The notes under the pieces: generated by a model
Databases searched by the model: none
The model's input: the letters and a program-made list of their open reading frames with translations, nothing else
What the model was told of the DNA's origin: nothing
From: Octopus sinensis
Taxonomy: Eukaryota
DNA: 64,000 nt
Assembly (NCBI RefSeq): GCF_006345805.1
Contig: NC_043018.1
Span: 10,974,001 to 11,038,000, forward strand
Direction of reading: 5' to 3'
Shown: positions 1 to 13,277 of the stretch, piece by piece
Numbering within the stretch: position 1 is the first letter of the stretch
Layout: every line of letters begins with the position of its first letter
Translations under genes and position numbers: made by a program

Positions 1-564
1 GGGCTGAATGCTCTTCCTGTTGCTAACCCTTATCTCTGTTTCAAGTATGGGATCTTTTAACCGTTTCTTTTTCCTTAATTTCTATGGTCTTTGAAAGTGT
101 AGAGGGATCTATTTAACAGCTAATGTAAATATTACATCACCATTTCACTGGAACCATCCCCCCCCATCAAAATAAAACTCTGCATCTTCAGTTCCAATAT
201 CAAGGCCATTCTTCTTCATGGCTCACCGAAGCCATAAAGAATAAGCTACGGATCTTCATCAGCAAACGTCAGCACTACATCCTCCAAGACCAAATTTCTA
301 ACAGAAGCTTTAGGATAGAACAAACCAAACTGCCATCAATCCATTATTGATGAGGTGATGCCTACTTTTAGAATGACATTGTAGGGTAGATGTGAGAGGC
401 CCGATCTGGCTAGTCTGAACAAGTAGAGTATTTGGGCTGGATATGGTCAGTTTAAATGCTAAAAGGTTAAGCTACACCTGAGCTATGCAAATGTGAGTTC
501 TCATTGGTGTGTGTGTGTGTTTTGTGGTAGGGATAAAAAAACCAAAAAAAAACGGGTCCCTTAC

Positions 565-638
565 CGGTTTTGTGTTTCCTCTTTCATCTGTTGTTGATCC
601 GATACTCGGAGGTTCCACAATGACATCATAAATGATTC
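565..638 (-). CDS. OSTC: OSTC (oligosaccharyltransferase complex subunit, DC2) coding exon 2; later exons lie left of the window
   Basis: Translates (G)[24 protein letters not shown], nearly identical to human [29 protein letters not shown]. Acceptor ttttcag at 645-639, donor GTAAGG from 564. Phase 1 matches exon 1. Confidence 0.93.
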
Positions 639-999
639 CTGAAAATAACAAGGAAAACAAAAAAAAATTAACAATAACTGTTACACAGAGGCTTCTTTCA
701 GTTTCCACCTACCAAATCCATTCACAAGGCAAGAAATTTAGGGCAGTGGTTATTTGGTTACAATGGCATTTGGAAGGGCAAGCATTTGGCTGTAGAAACC
801 CTGCCAAAATTGAGACATCGGAGCAAGACGTGGTCATCTAATTTATTCAATCTTGTTGACCTATGTTTTGCAATTTTAGCAAAACATATTAAGCAACACT
901 AATAATAAATTAAAAAAACACAAAAATAAACAAGCTTTTGAAAGTTTTATAGATATTTCAAAATTATGATGCTAGGTGTTTCCATTATTTTGTCCAACC

Positions 1000-1037
<38 letters not shown>

Positions 1038-1126
1038 AAGTTAATCCAAACATGAAAGCACAAAAAAACACAACGCGAGGACGTGGAACAAATATAGTGT
1101 TATTGGATGCTCAGGAAAGAAAGAGG

Positions 1127-1161
1127 GTTTAACGTTTCGAGCGGAGCTCTTCATCGGAAAC
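1127..1161 (-). ncRNA. Variant minimal hammerhead motif in a microsatellite-flanked repeat (about 1030-1170)
   Basis: Minus strand reads gttt-CCGATGA-a-gagc-tcc-gctc-GAA-acgt-t-aaac. Core has C in place of U4 and helix I is only 4 bp. Confidence 0.45.
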
Positions 1162-1316
1162 ATAGGAATATATATATATATATAACCCATGGCAACATGG
1201 GAAGTGGATGTTATCATGATTGACTCTAGTACTTGACTGGTACTCAGCTATTAAAGGTGATCTTGGCAGGATTTGAACTCAGAATGAAAAGAGCCACCAC
1301 AGAGTGTCTTATTCGA

Positions 1317-1680
1317 CATCATCATCATCATCATTTAACGTCCGCTTTCCATGCTAGCATGGGTTGGACGGTTCAACTGGGGTCTGGGGAGCCCGAAAGC
1401 TGCACCAGTCCAGTCAGATCTGGCAGTGTTTCTACAGCTGGATGCCCTTCCTAACGCCAACCACTCCGAGAGTGTAGTGGGTGATTTTATGTGCCACCGA
1501 CACAGGTGCCAGACGAGGCTGGCAAACGGCCACGCTCGGATGGTGTTTTTTATGTGCCACCGACACAGGTGCCAGACGAGGCTGGCAAACGGCCACGCTC
1601 GGATGGTGTTTTTTATGTGCCACCGACACAGGTGCCAGACGAGGCTGGCAGACGGCCACGCTCGGATGGTGCTTGTTACG
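1317..1680 (-). mobile_element. RTE 3' end containing three tandem 63-bp repeats
   Basis: gtgccaccgacacaggtgccagacgagg recurs at 1491, 1554 and 1617. Family tail at 1317-1480. Confidence 0.8.
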
Positions 1681-2348
1681 TGCCTCACTAACAATTTAGC
1701 CAAATAATAATAATTATAAGTTTGCATGCAAAATTTAGAACGACATTGCAAGGTAGGTATGAGATGCTAGATATGGCTAGTTTGAACATGAAACTAGTAG
1801 AGTATGTGGGGGTGGATATGGCCCTAATAGGGCTAAAGACAATATATCTCACCAAGGATTTGAACACAGAACATAGAGGAAACTAAAATGCAGGAAGTTC
1901 TTTTCCTTTTTTATTTTTACTGCTGCAGTGCAACTAGTTTCTCGCAATCTAAGAATACTGCAAAGTGAGAACTCATTCCTGTGAAATGGTAGAACCTGCT
2001 GGAACCAACCACAGTTATCCTCTTCATCCGCATCATTTAATGTCCGTGTCTCCATGCCAGCACAGGTCAGATGGAATTTGTTGAGATGTCTTCTAATGCC
2101 AGATGCCTTTCATGCCATTAAATCTCGCGTGTTTCCAAGCAAGGAAATAATTCTCCACAGCCAGGAATCCTTTTTTCACAGAAGACTAGAAACGGACAAC
2201 ACTGCTTGTAGGATGATGTTCATTTTACAGCCATCACCTGATAACACAAGGGTTTCTGCGCACACCTAAGCCATAATCATTAATCCAACAAAATACATTT
2301 TGTTTCACTTATGGCTCTGCAGGAATTTGTCACCTCTTGGAATATATA

Positions 2349-2992
2349 CAGGAGTTGGACAAAATATGGGAAACACCTTGTGTTTCTCTCTCTGCAACCC
2401 TAGGATGAATTTGATCAGATAAAATGCTTAAATAGTCTTGACTATTAATTCTACCATGAAGGGAAACCATTGGGCCGGTGGATTTCCAAGATATGGCCCC
2501 TCAGATCATCACAGATCCTCCGCCATGTTTAACAGTTGGAAGATGGCAGTCTGAGTCAAATGCTTCCGTTGGCTGTCTACACATGTATATTTGGCAGATG
2601 GTTGGAAATACAGTAAAGGATTACTCGTCTGAGAAAATAACATTCTTTCACTGCCCTAGGGACCAATTTTCCCCTCTTTCTCAAAGGCTGTCGTTACTTT
2701 CGAGACAGTACTTCTTGATACACCAAACATTTCGGCTGTTTTCATTACGCTAGCACCTGCCATACGAGCACCAACAATTTGACCGCTTTGAAAGTTCGAT
2801 AGATCTGTCATTTTAATGAATTTTAATTACCTTTTTTCGATGATATCTGAACAGAAACAGCAATTTTAGTAAAACATATTAAGCAACACTAATAATAAAT
2901 AAAAAAACACCAAAATAAACAAGCTTTTGACAGTTTTATAGATATTTCAAAATTATGATGCTAGGTGTTTCCATTATTTTGTCTAACCCCTG
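2349..2992 (-). mobile_element. Internally deleted Tc1/mariner element
   Basis: TIRs caggagttggacaaaatatgggaaacacc and ggtgtttccattattttgtctaacccctg, TA on the left. Minus strand near 2495-2530 encodes KHGGGSVMI*GAI. A second right end lies at about 865-1002. Confidence 0.8.
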
Positions 2993-3289
2993 TGTGTGAA
3001 TATGTATGTATATATATATATACACACACACATACATACAAAGATAATAGAGAATGCGTACATGTTTTGGTTTGTTACTTAAATCCATATTAATGTAACA
3101 AACTGAAACATGGATTTAAGTAACAAACCAAAACACATGTAGGCCACATGAATCGATTATTACAGAAGATATATTGATTATGTATTCTCCATTATTTTTG
3201 TATTGTTAAAATTTTTTTCTTCTACATCGAAAAGATGGTAACATCCATAGCAACAACTGGAATTTCAAAAAGCGTCAGGTACTAATTAC

Positions 3290-4606
3290 CAAAGAACCAA
3301 CGAGAAACACTAGTACATTCAGGTAGATGGCCCTGCTCGATCTGTAGAAAAGGCGTAGGTAGAAACTCATTAAGATGCACCAAGTGTAAGCTATGGATAC
3401 ATAAGAGATGCAGCAATGTCAAAGGAAGGCTAACTAGGAAGATGGTTTTTGTATGTGGCAGATGCTCAGGAGCAACAAACACTGAAAATGCTCAGAGAAC
3501 AACTTCCGCCACATTACAGGGAGAAAACCTAGAAGTAGTTGATAGCTTCTGTTACCTAGGTGCACTGAAAGTGTAGCTGCTAGAATAAGAATAGCCTGGG
3601 CTAAGTTCAGAGAGCTCTTACCTCTGCTGGTGACAAAAGGCCTCCCGCTCAGAGTAAAAGGCAGACTGTATGATGCATATGTACGAACAGCCATGCTACA
3701 TGGTAGTGAAACATGGGCCGTGACTGCTGAGGATATGCGTAAGCTCGCAAGAAATGAAGCCAATATGCTCCGATGGATGTGTAATGTCAGTGTTCATACT
3801 CGACAGAGTGTAAGTACCTTGAGAGAAAAGTTGGACCTAAGAAGCATTAGTTGTGGTGTGCAAGAGAGATGTTTGCGCCGGTATGGTCATGTGACAAGAA
3901 TGGATGAAGATAGTTGTGTGAAAAAGTGCCACACCTTAGTGGTTGAGGGAACCTGTGGAAGAGGTAGACCCAGGAAAACCTGGGACGAAGTGGTGAAGCA
4001 TGACCTTTGAACTTTAAGTCTCACCGAGGAAATGACTAGAGACCGAGACCTATGGAAGTATGTTGTGCATGAGAAGACCCGGCAGGACAAGTGAGACCAT
4101 AACCCATGGCCTCTACCTGGGATGTAGCCAGTCCACCTATGCATACCTTTCCTTCTTGGGACACAAAACTACTTGTGAAGACCTGTTGAGGCAAGCGAGA
4201 ATCAAAATCGAAATCGACCAACATCAATGGAAATTGCAGCTGTGATATCAGTGCCGGTGGCATGTAAGCGAACCATCCGAACGTGGCCATTGCCAGCGCT
4301 CCTCCGATGGGCCTCCGTGCCGGTGGCACGTAAAAAGCACCATTTGATCGTGGCCGTTGCCAGCCTTGCCTGGCTCCCGTGCCAGTGGCACATAAAAAGC
4401 ATCATCTGACCGTGGCCGTTTGCCTGTGCCGGTGGCACGTAAAAGCACCCACTACACTCACTGAGTGGTTGGCGTTAGGAAGGGCATCCAACCGTAGAAA
4501 CATTGCCAGATCAGACTGGGCCTGGTTCAGCCTTCTGGCTTCCCAGACCCCAGTTGAACCGTCCAACCCATGCTAGCATGGAAAGCGGACGCTAAATGAT
4601 GATGAT
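3290..4606 (+). mobile_element. 5'-truncated RTE-clade LINE with PHD-like finger, 3' UTR and (TGA)n tail
   Basis: LEVVDSFCYLG..RIRIAWAKFRELLPLL..MLHGSETWA..RGRPRKTWDEVV typical of the RTE C-terminus. The 3' end recurs many times in the window. Confidence 0.88.
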
Positions 4607-5000
4607 ATGCACAAGCAGAATTTTCAGTACTGTTTGGGGAGCTAAACCAAGGTGCACTTGGTTAAATATCCTTAGGAAAGAACAAACTCTTTACACACAA
4701 ACTTTATATATTCTTTTAGTCTTTTACTTGTTTCAGCCATTTGACTGTGGCCATGCTGGAGCACTGCCTTTAACCGAACAAATTGGCTCCAGGATTCATT
4801 CATTGTAAGCCTAGTACTTATTCTATTGGTCTCTTTTGCCAAACCGCTAAGTTACGGGGACATAAACACACCAACATTGGTTGTCAAATGAAGGTACATG
4901 CAAACAAAAATATATACGACAGGCTTCTTTCAGTTTTCGTCTACCAAAAAATCTACTCACAAGGCTTTGGTTGGATATATATATTATATATATATATTTA

Positions 5001-5031
<31 letters not shown>

Positions 5032-5223
5032 GTGTGTGTGTAATATATATATATGGTGTGTGTATATATATATATATCGTGATCACGTGACCGACCAGTC
5101 CATCAGATGTAGTTACACATCGCTGGTAACAATGCGCTTCACATTGTTTTAGCCTTCAAATGACGCGACCCCGCTGGCTAAGCGAGCAGGCCTATATATA
5201 TATATATATATTATATATATTTA

Positions 5224-5254
<31 letters not shown>

Positions 5255-5439
5255 GGTGTGTGTGTATATATATATATATGGTGTGTGTGTATATATATAT
5301 ATCGTGATCACGTGACCGACCAGTCCATCAGATGTAGTTACACATCGCTGGTAACAATGCGCTTCACATTGTTTTAGCCTTCAAATGACGCGACCCCGCT
5401 GGCTAAGCGAGCAGGCCTATATATATATATATATATATT

Positions 5440-5476
<37 letters not shown>

Positions 5477-5929
5477 CAAATTTACAGAAAACAAAAAATT
5501 AAGACAGGTGAAGGATATGGTGGAATATAGATTCAAAGAACGATTAGCAGAGAGCTCCTAATCATGTAATCCCATTATGTGGATGATCTCAAACATCCTT
5601 AGACGACAGTGTCTACGAACTAGAAGCTAGCAACATGGAGAGATATATAAGTGTAGACATGCAACAAACAAGGAGATTCTTTTGGTTTTTGTTAAAGAAA
5701 TCTACTCCCTTAAAGGTGTGCTGACCAGGGGCTGTAGCAGAAAACATTTGCCCAAAGTGCCATGATTCACTGGAACTGAATCCAAAACCACACGGCAAAA
5801 TTAATTCCATGTGAAGCAGCAGAATCTAGTGGCCTTATTTATAAGACCGAAAGGCAGCGACAAGGGGTGACTTTAGGTTACGAATATAACAGGAGAATGG
5901 AGGGCATAACTACACAAGTGGGCCTCTCT

Positions 5930-7476
5930 CCCACCGACTTTGTTTCTTCAGAACTTCCAGAAAAATGGATATTTTAATGTAATTTTCTACAATAACTCTT
6001 CAGATGGTGCAGATTCCAATTATATTGGAATTTGTAGTGAAAAAAAAAATTCTCCGTAGGTTGGGAGTGGAGTTTTGGAAAAGTAAAACATGAGTACACA
6101 CACACATATATACATATATACACACACACGCACACATATATATACACACACACATATATATATATATACACACACACACACATATATATATACACACACA
6201 CATATATACACACACACACATATATATACACACACACATATATATACACACACACACATATATATATACACACACATATATATACACACACACATATATA
6301 TACACACATATATACACACACATATATATATACACACACACACACATATATATATACACACACACACATATATATATATACACACACACATATATAACAC
6401 ACACATATATATATACACCACACACACATATATATATACACACCACACATATATATATATACACACACACATATATATACACACACACACACATATATAC
6501 ACACAACACACCACATATATATACACACACACACATATATATATACACACACACACATATATACACACACACACACACATATATATATATACACACAACA
6601 CACACATATATATATAACACACACACACACACATATATATATATACACACACACACACACATATATATATATACCACACACACATTATACACACACACAC
6701 ACACATATATATATATACACACACACACACACATATATATATCACACACACACACATATTATATACATACACACACACACACATATATATATACAACACC
6801 ACACACATATATATATATATACAACACACACACATATATATACACACACATATATATACACCACACACACACATATATATACACACCACACACATAATAC
6901 ACACACATATATATATACACACACACATATATATACACACACACAACATATATATATACACCACACATATATTACACACACACATATATTACACACACAC
7001 ACACACACATATATATACACACACACACATATATATATACACACACATATATACACACACACATATATATATACACACACACACATATATATATACACAC
7101 ACACACACATATATATACACACACACACATATATATACACACACACATATATATATATACACACACACACACATATATATATATACACACACACACACAT
7201 ATATATATATGTGTGTGTGTGTGCATGCTCACCATTTTTTTTCTCACAGCAATTTTAGATGTAATCGTAATTTACACACACTGAAAAGTATCTGTAGAGA
7301 ATTTCATTTAAAAATATTCATTTTACCGAAAGTTATGAAGAAACAAAACCGACTCCTCGTGTGAATAATAATCTTCGATCTAATCAGTGTCTACACAATC
7401 TGAAGCGTATTTGCAGAACATTTCGTTTACAAACAAATCCAATTTTCTGGAAGTATGAGGGAACAAAATCGGTGGG
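5930..7476. mobile_element. TIR element containing a 1.1-kb compound (CA)n(TA)m microsatellite (6095-7225)
   Basis: Left cccaccgactttgtttcttcagaacttccagaaaaatgga matches the reverse complement of right tccaattttctggaagtatgagggaacaaaatcggtggg. Confidence 0.65.
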
Positions 7477-7559
7477 GTACGCTTGTGTAGGTATGCCGAA
7501 AGGAGTTGAGTAGGACAAGCACGGGTCCCGTAATTAGGTCTCTCTTGAGTTCTTTACTT

Positions 7560-8095
7560 TCGCAAGACTAAACAACCGTCTTATAAAATTGAATAATGAG
7601 GTCATCGATACCACATGTCTGTGGGTGGGGCGACAGACTGGGTGATCACGGATGGAAAACATTTGATTATAGGTATCTTCGATCAAAGTGGACTTTAAGC
7701 CAACAACAACTATTGCCAACGAAAGGTCTCAAGGTGGTCACCCATTCTGTTTGAAATAGCAGCCAAATCTTAAAAATAAAAGCGGATAAGTCTAGATATA
7801 CTTGGATCAAAACAAAAATTTGGATGGTCATGGTTGGAACGATTTTGGTGAGGGTTCTGCCCGACCTGGGCTAACTTGGGGCTAAACAATAACTATCCAA
7901 GTGGGATTCTCTATGTGCTCGTTCGATTTGCGAGAAACAGCAGTCGAAATTATCTCAACTTACTGCTGCGTTAAAAAGGAAGGACACTTAGAAAACTGTA
8001 GTTGTTTATATACTGCAAAACGACGAGATAGTCACGACAGGAACGCCTTGTATCATAGTTGAGCAGAGGCCAAGACAACCACAGCAACGAAACAC
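7560..8095 (+). repeat. Three old tandem copies of a short interspersed repeat ending in (AAC)n
   Basis: Shared gaaatagcagccaaat...ggtcatgg...ggctaaacaac skeleton. The ctagaaatagcaaccaaat motif recurs at about 11925, 12006, 13800 (minus), 34210, 54400 and 56620. Confidence 0.5.
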
Positions 8096-9288
8096 ACCTC
8101 CTCCTCCTACTATTGCTCCTTCTCCTCCTCCGCCTCCCTCTTCCGTGCTATCTTTGAGAAATGGTTACGTGGCTCTTACTACAAAGAGCCAAGCACTTGC
8201 CGTCCATAGACATCACATACAACCCATGGCACGGTCAGTGAGAGCGGCAGACGGGAAAGCATGGGTCAAGAGAACATTAAATGAACAAGGCTTTGAAATA
8301 ATCAGATGATTAAAAAAAACAAAAACTGTGCCTTATGGAATCAATTAATTGAAGGGGGGAGTTCATCAATTAGGAAACCGAACACACACACAGGCGTTGG
8401 GGCTTCGCAGACTTCGTTTTCTCATAAAAGCATATTTTTATATAAATAATGGAATATCTAAGCAAAAAATGTCCAATATAAACAAACACGTGTACAGGTG
8501 GCAGCAACTTGTGATTAGGTTCAGACGGAGTCCATTAGATAACAATAACCGGCTGCTAATAATAAATAGAGGATGCAATGATAGGATCTTTAAGCGTGTT
8601 TGGGCCCACTTTATTAGAATACCATTAAGAATTTGATAACATTATCCTCTATAATAATAAGCGGCTCTTGCTGTATGCATGCATGAGACAAGTGTAACCC
8701 TACCCCCAACTTTTGTATGGAGAATAAACGTGTCACCTATCTATCTACTAGAAGGATATATATATATATCCATATATATATGTATGTGTGCACAGAGACA
8801 AACTTAAGGGGAAGCATTCAAAATATGCAATAGGGTTTATTTATTTGTGTGAAGCTAATATTTTACTCCGTCGCAACGGGTTCTACTTAAGAAGAGTGGT
8901 GCAGGTGCGCGCACTCGTGCTAGCTAGTAGTGACTAGTCGATGCTACAACGACTACCTAAGTAAATAAAACACAAAATAAACCATTTTTCTACACAAAAT
9001 CGATAATTTTTTAAAACAAAGTAAATAAAATACAAAAACACAAAGTAATTATAATTCTTTTGAGACAAATTGTTAGGTTAAAGGGTTCCAAACGTGAGGT
9101 GGAACCCTTTAAACGTAACATAAGATAAGATAGAATAAATACTAGGATTCCAGATTTCTGTGAGTGTTTGGAGGCGGACGAGAAACTGAATTCGGATCAG
9201 CAGAAAAAAAGGCCGAGGAAGGACCCGCAGCTCGGGCAAGAAACGAACCCATATGTGTAGAGAGTAACTTCGAAGTGATTACACCTAC

Positions 9289-9427
9289 CTCCGGTCACCA
9301 TGAAATATGAGAGTAAGACTAAAGTGAACATGAACATAGCTGAGGGTTGCCTGAGCCATGCCGGTTTCTTCAGCTTGATATTCGGACAGACGAGGACCGT
9401 GTAAGGAAGCCCGTAGAAAGTCTCCAT
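9289..9427 (-). CDS. OSTC: OSTC coding exon 1 (139 nt), followed by an 8650-bp intron
   Basis: [46 protein letters not shown] matches the human OSTC N-terminus ([31 protein letters not shown]...). Donor AG|GTAGGT at 9288, phase 1. Confidence 0.95.
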
Positions 9428-9717
9428 GATGTGTCAACAGCGAGGGTTGTCACGTACCGGAACACCTCACGACGTCTACCGGCGGTCGTGCAAGTGATAT
9501 CCAAGGGCCATAACTCTTCGTTGATTTTTTTCTTTTTTTTTCCACTCTGGAATACATTACCGGATTAATTATTGAAATTGTTCCGGATTTCTGCATTTTC
9601 CGGTTTTCTGGACTGACAGTCTAAATAAGGGATTCCTCAACCGGGGAATCCATCTGCAATACTTCTACAACACAAAATACTTTTGGTTTTATACAATTCC
9701 TAATAATATTTTTTTCC

Positions 9718-10109
9718 ATCTTTTCGGTTTGAACGGCGGTTTTTAACATAATTTCTAGGTAATTAAAATTTTTTATACTTCGTATACTGGTAGAATGTGT
9801 CAAAATAAAACATTTTTTTCTCTTGGCTTTATTGAGAAAATTCTATAGTTTTTTTTCTTCAATTTCTGCAATTTCAACCAATCATTGACGTCTATTGAGG
9901 TAAAAAAAACATTCTATGCCGTATGAATATGTCCCTCGTTTAAGAAACAGATTGGGTTCATTTACATTTGTGAAGAAAAAATGATACCTTCCCCCCACCC
10001 CTAACCCTAAAATAGATTGAAATGCAATAGATCGATACTAGGGTCATAATTATGGGTGACAATTTCATATGACACCGCTAGAAAAAACTGCCGGTCAAAC
10101 CGAAAAGAT
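9718..10109. mobile_element. MITE with 27-bp TIRs just upstream of OSTC
   Basis: atcttttcggtttgaacggcggttttt versus reverse complement of aaaaactgccggtcaaaccgaaaagat, 2 mismatches. Confidence 0.75.
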
Positions 10110-10488
10110 CCTATTTTTTCCCATCTTTTACTTGTTTCGATCATTAGACTATGGCCATGCTGGAGCACAGCCCCTAAGATATTTTAGTCGAATGTATCGA
10201 CCCCTAGTACTTATTCTATCGGATTATTTTGTCGAACCGCTAAGTTACGGGGACGTAAACACACCAGCACTGGTTGTCAAGACACATATCCACGCCTGCG
10301 CCTACAATTATAAAAATACAATAGGATTTTTTTTTATATTCATTAAATGGCTATGAAGGTCCAGTTAAAACTATTTTTAATTCACCACTTTGAAAAGCAG
10401 AATCTGTGTACTCAATACAGGGTACAGTATTTTGAAGTATTCCTGGATTCCTGGAAGCTGGATAATCAACTACTCTTGATTGATGAAG

Positions 10489-10717
10489 TTAACTCTTTTG
10501 TTACCAACCTGGCTGGAAACGTCTCTGGCCCTGAGTACAAATGTCTTGTTTTCATAAGTTCTCAATTAAAATCTTCCACCAAACCTTAGTCACAATTTGT
10601 GTTCCTAACACTAGCTTAATGACAACTAAGTTATTTTACTAAATTCTTTGTTTTATTTAAAATTAATTGAAAGAAAATCAGTGCATCTCAACAGAAATAC
10701 AGTAACAAAAGGGTTAA
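10489..10717. mobile_element. piggyBac-type MITE
   Basis: TTAA at both ends; TIR ctcttttgttac / gtaacaaaaggg. Confidence 0.8.
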
Positions 10718-11048
10718 GGTTAAAATTTGAACTCCAAAGGAAAACTGAGGGTTGTTTTTTGAGAAGCAGGGCTGCATGAGACAAGGCTTATCTTCAGATG
10801 AACCATTCTGCTAAAATTTCAAAGAAATATTGTGTTTGGTGAAGGCAGCAAGCTGGTTGAATTGTTAACATTTCAAGGAAAATGCTTAGTGGCTTTTCGT
10901 CCACCTTTATATTCTGGGTTCAAAAATCCTTTTGGAGTCGATGAAATAAATACCAGTTGAGTACTGGGGTCATTGATGTAATCGACTTACTCCCACCCTC
11001 CAAATGGCTGTCCTTGTGGCAAAATTTCAAGCCATTATTATTATTATT

Positions 11049-11572
11049 CAGAAAGCTGTGCCCAGTGTCATCAAAGTGACACTAGGGTAAAATATACGAA
11101 GTTAAATATACCCATCAGATAAGGGGACACTAGGCATATGCATCGCAACCATATGTGTGATCTCATATCAAGATAAACAATGCATGACCTTGCAGGTGGG
11201 GCCCAGTTAGAATTTTCTTCAGGTCGAGTAACCCATCCCGCTCAAAAGGTCCCTGAATAAGGGTTGTTTAAGGGTGTTGAATGAAACACCATGTTTCCAA
11301 AGGTGAATTATCCAAACCCCAAGGAATTCCTGAACACATGGCTATGATGATCCCCCACTACTTCTGCTCATGATTAGAGGTGCACATTGTCGGCCACCAA
11401 GGGACATGCTCAACTGGTTAAGGTCAAACAACTGACAAGCAAATCTGTGGTATTGAGCAGAATATTTGCTGTAGCCCATCTTTTATCCAAGACAAAACAA
11501 TGTACATGATAACACTTCCAATCAGTTAAGATCAGAAGCCATGAGAGCCACTGCATGGTACTGCATCAAGGC

Positions 11573-11574
<2 letters not shown>
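11049..11574 (-). mobile_element. About 550-bp non-autonomous element embedded in (TAA)n, copy 1 (most diverged)
   Basis: Colinear with 44346-44902; (TTA)n on both sides. Confidence 0.8.
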
Positions 11575-11611
<37 letters not shown>

Positions 11612-12224
11612 GACGTTGAGCTGGCAGAATCGTTAGCACACTGGGCAAACTGCTTAGCGGCATTTCGCCCATCTTTAAATTCTGGGTTCAAAAGCTGCCA
11701 AGGTTTGCTTTGCCTTCCATCATTTTGGGGTTGGTGAAATAAGTACCAGTCATGTACTGGGGATTGATGTAACCAACTTATTCCCTCCCCAGAAATTGCT
11801 GGCCTTGTGCCAAAATTTGGAAGCAACTTTTTGTTAGGTGTATGTTCAAAAAGTTCCGTGAGTTACACTTTACCTCTTACTGGTCTCAGTTAAAACCGGA
11901 GTATCTACACAGTTAATAGACTTGCTAGAAATAGCAACCAAATATCCTTAAAATCCTGTCTCATCTCTTAAAGTAATGAGGTAACCTCTATGCAGTTACT
12001 CAGTTTGCTAGAAATAACAACCAAATTTCCTGCACACCTCACTTCACCAATGAAAGGAATGAGCCAATGAGGAGGCTTCATTGTAGTCTCCTATTTAAAG
12101 AAAAGGAAATCAACTTACCTATCACCACCAATACTTACCTGACTTGCTGTTGCATTTATCGAACCTGCTGAAGGACAAAAAGCATAGCCACAATTTGAAT
12201 TTTTCTGTTTTTGGTTTAATAGGA

Positions 12225-12660
12225 CAAGTGAGGCCATAACCCGTGGCCTCTACCTGGGATGTAGCCAGCCCACTTATGCATTCCTTTCCTTCTTGGGACA
12301 CAAAACTCCACTTGTGAAGACCTGTTGAGGCAAGTGAAAATCAAAATCATAATCGATCAATATCAATGGAATTTGTAGCTGTGATACCAGTGCTGGTGGC
12401 ATGTAAGAGAACCATCCGAACGTGGCCGTTGCCAGCGCCTCCCTGACTGGCCTCCATGCCGGTGACATGTAAAAAGCACTATCCGATCATGGCCATTTGC
12501 CAGCCTCGTCTGGCACCTGTGCCGGTGGCACGTAAAAAGCACCCACTACACTCATGGAGTGGTTGGCGTTAGGAAGGGTATCAAGCTGTAGAAACTCTGC
12601 CAGATCAGACTGGGCCTGGTGCAGCCTTCTGACAATCAGGATTTAGCCAAACCATCCAAT
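12225..12660 (+). mobile_element. RTE LINE 3' UTR copy
   Basis: Colinear with 4085-4560. Confidence 0.75.
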
Positions 12661-13209
12661 GATGGCATAGTTGCCATTGAAAACGAAATCAGTCTAGTCT
12701 AGTGATCTAGCTTTTCTGTGGGGTGGTCATCTCTCCTGTCAGTATATGAAAATGTTCTTTGTTTTGGTTCTAAAGGTTTTAAACTCTTATTTCTAGCAAT
12801 ACACACACCACCCTGCACCCTCAGTCACAATTAGTAACAATGGAATTTTTCCTTTTTGGTTTCATATTGCATATAGCTGCCTTCATTATTTTACACAAAC
12901 ACACACACACCCACACAACGAGCTTCTTTCAGTTTCCGTCTACCAAATCCACTCACAAGGCCTTGGTCGACCTGAAGCTATAGCTGAAAACACACTTGGC
13001 CGAGATGCCTCACAGTGGGACTGAACATGGAACCATGTGGTTGGGAAGCAAACTTCTTACCAAACGGTCCCACCGGTCCCTAAATGCTGCAGAAAAGGAG
13101 ATTAAGACACTTATCCAGCAGAAACATGTGTCGGACTGGAATTTAAGGCGAATAAATACTGTAATAAACAAATTTCGAAGATGTATAATTCTACATTCAT
13201 TCTTGTTTA

Positions 13210-13277
<68 letters not shown>

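Noticed and set aside
1488-1680. CRISPR-like or coding tandem repeat
   Set aside because: Identical 63-bp units with no spacers, part of the RTE 3' UTR; eukaryotic context.
5974-7247. Long ORFs rich in C, V, Y, I, H and T
   Set aside because: Translations of (CA)n(TA)m microsatellite. The same applies to ORFs at 34854-35479, 43232-45477, 49261-51550, 54962-55625 and 62146-63017.
8645-8890. Second Helitron copy
   Set aside because: Only a TC start and a degraded ccgtcgcaacggg hairpin; no terminal CTRR, too weak to call.
9428-9570. MRPS2 first exon sharing a bidirectional promoter with OSTC
   Set aside because: No ATG with a phase-1 donor and open frame here; the candidate at 13958 fits better.
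9995-10010. Telomere-like (CCCTAA)2, also near 57308
   Set aside because: Only two units, inside a MITE or unique sequence; expected by chance.
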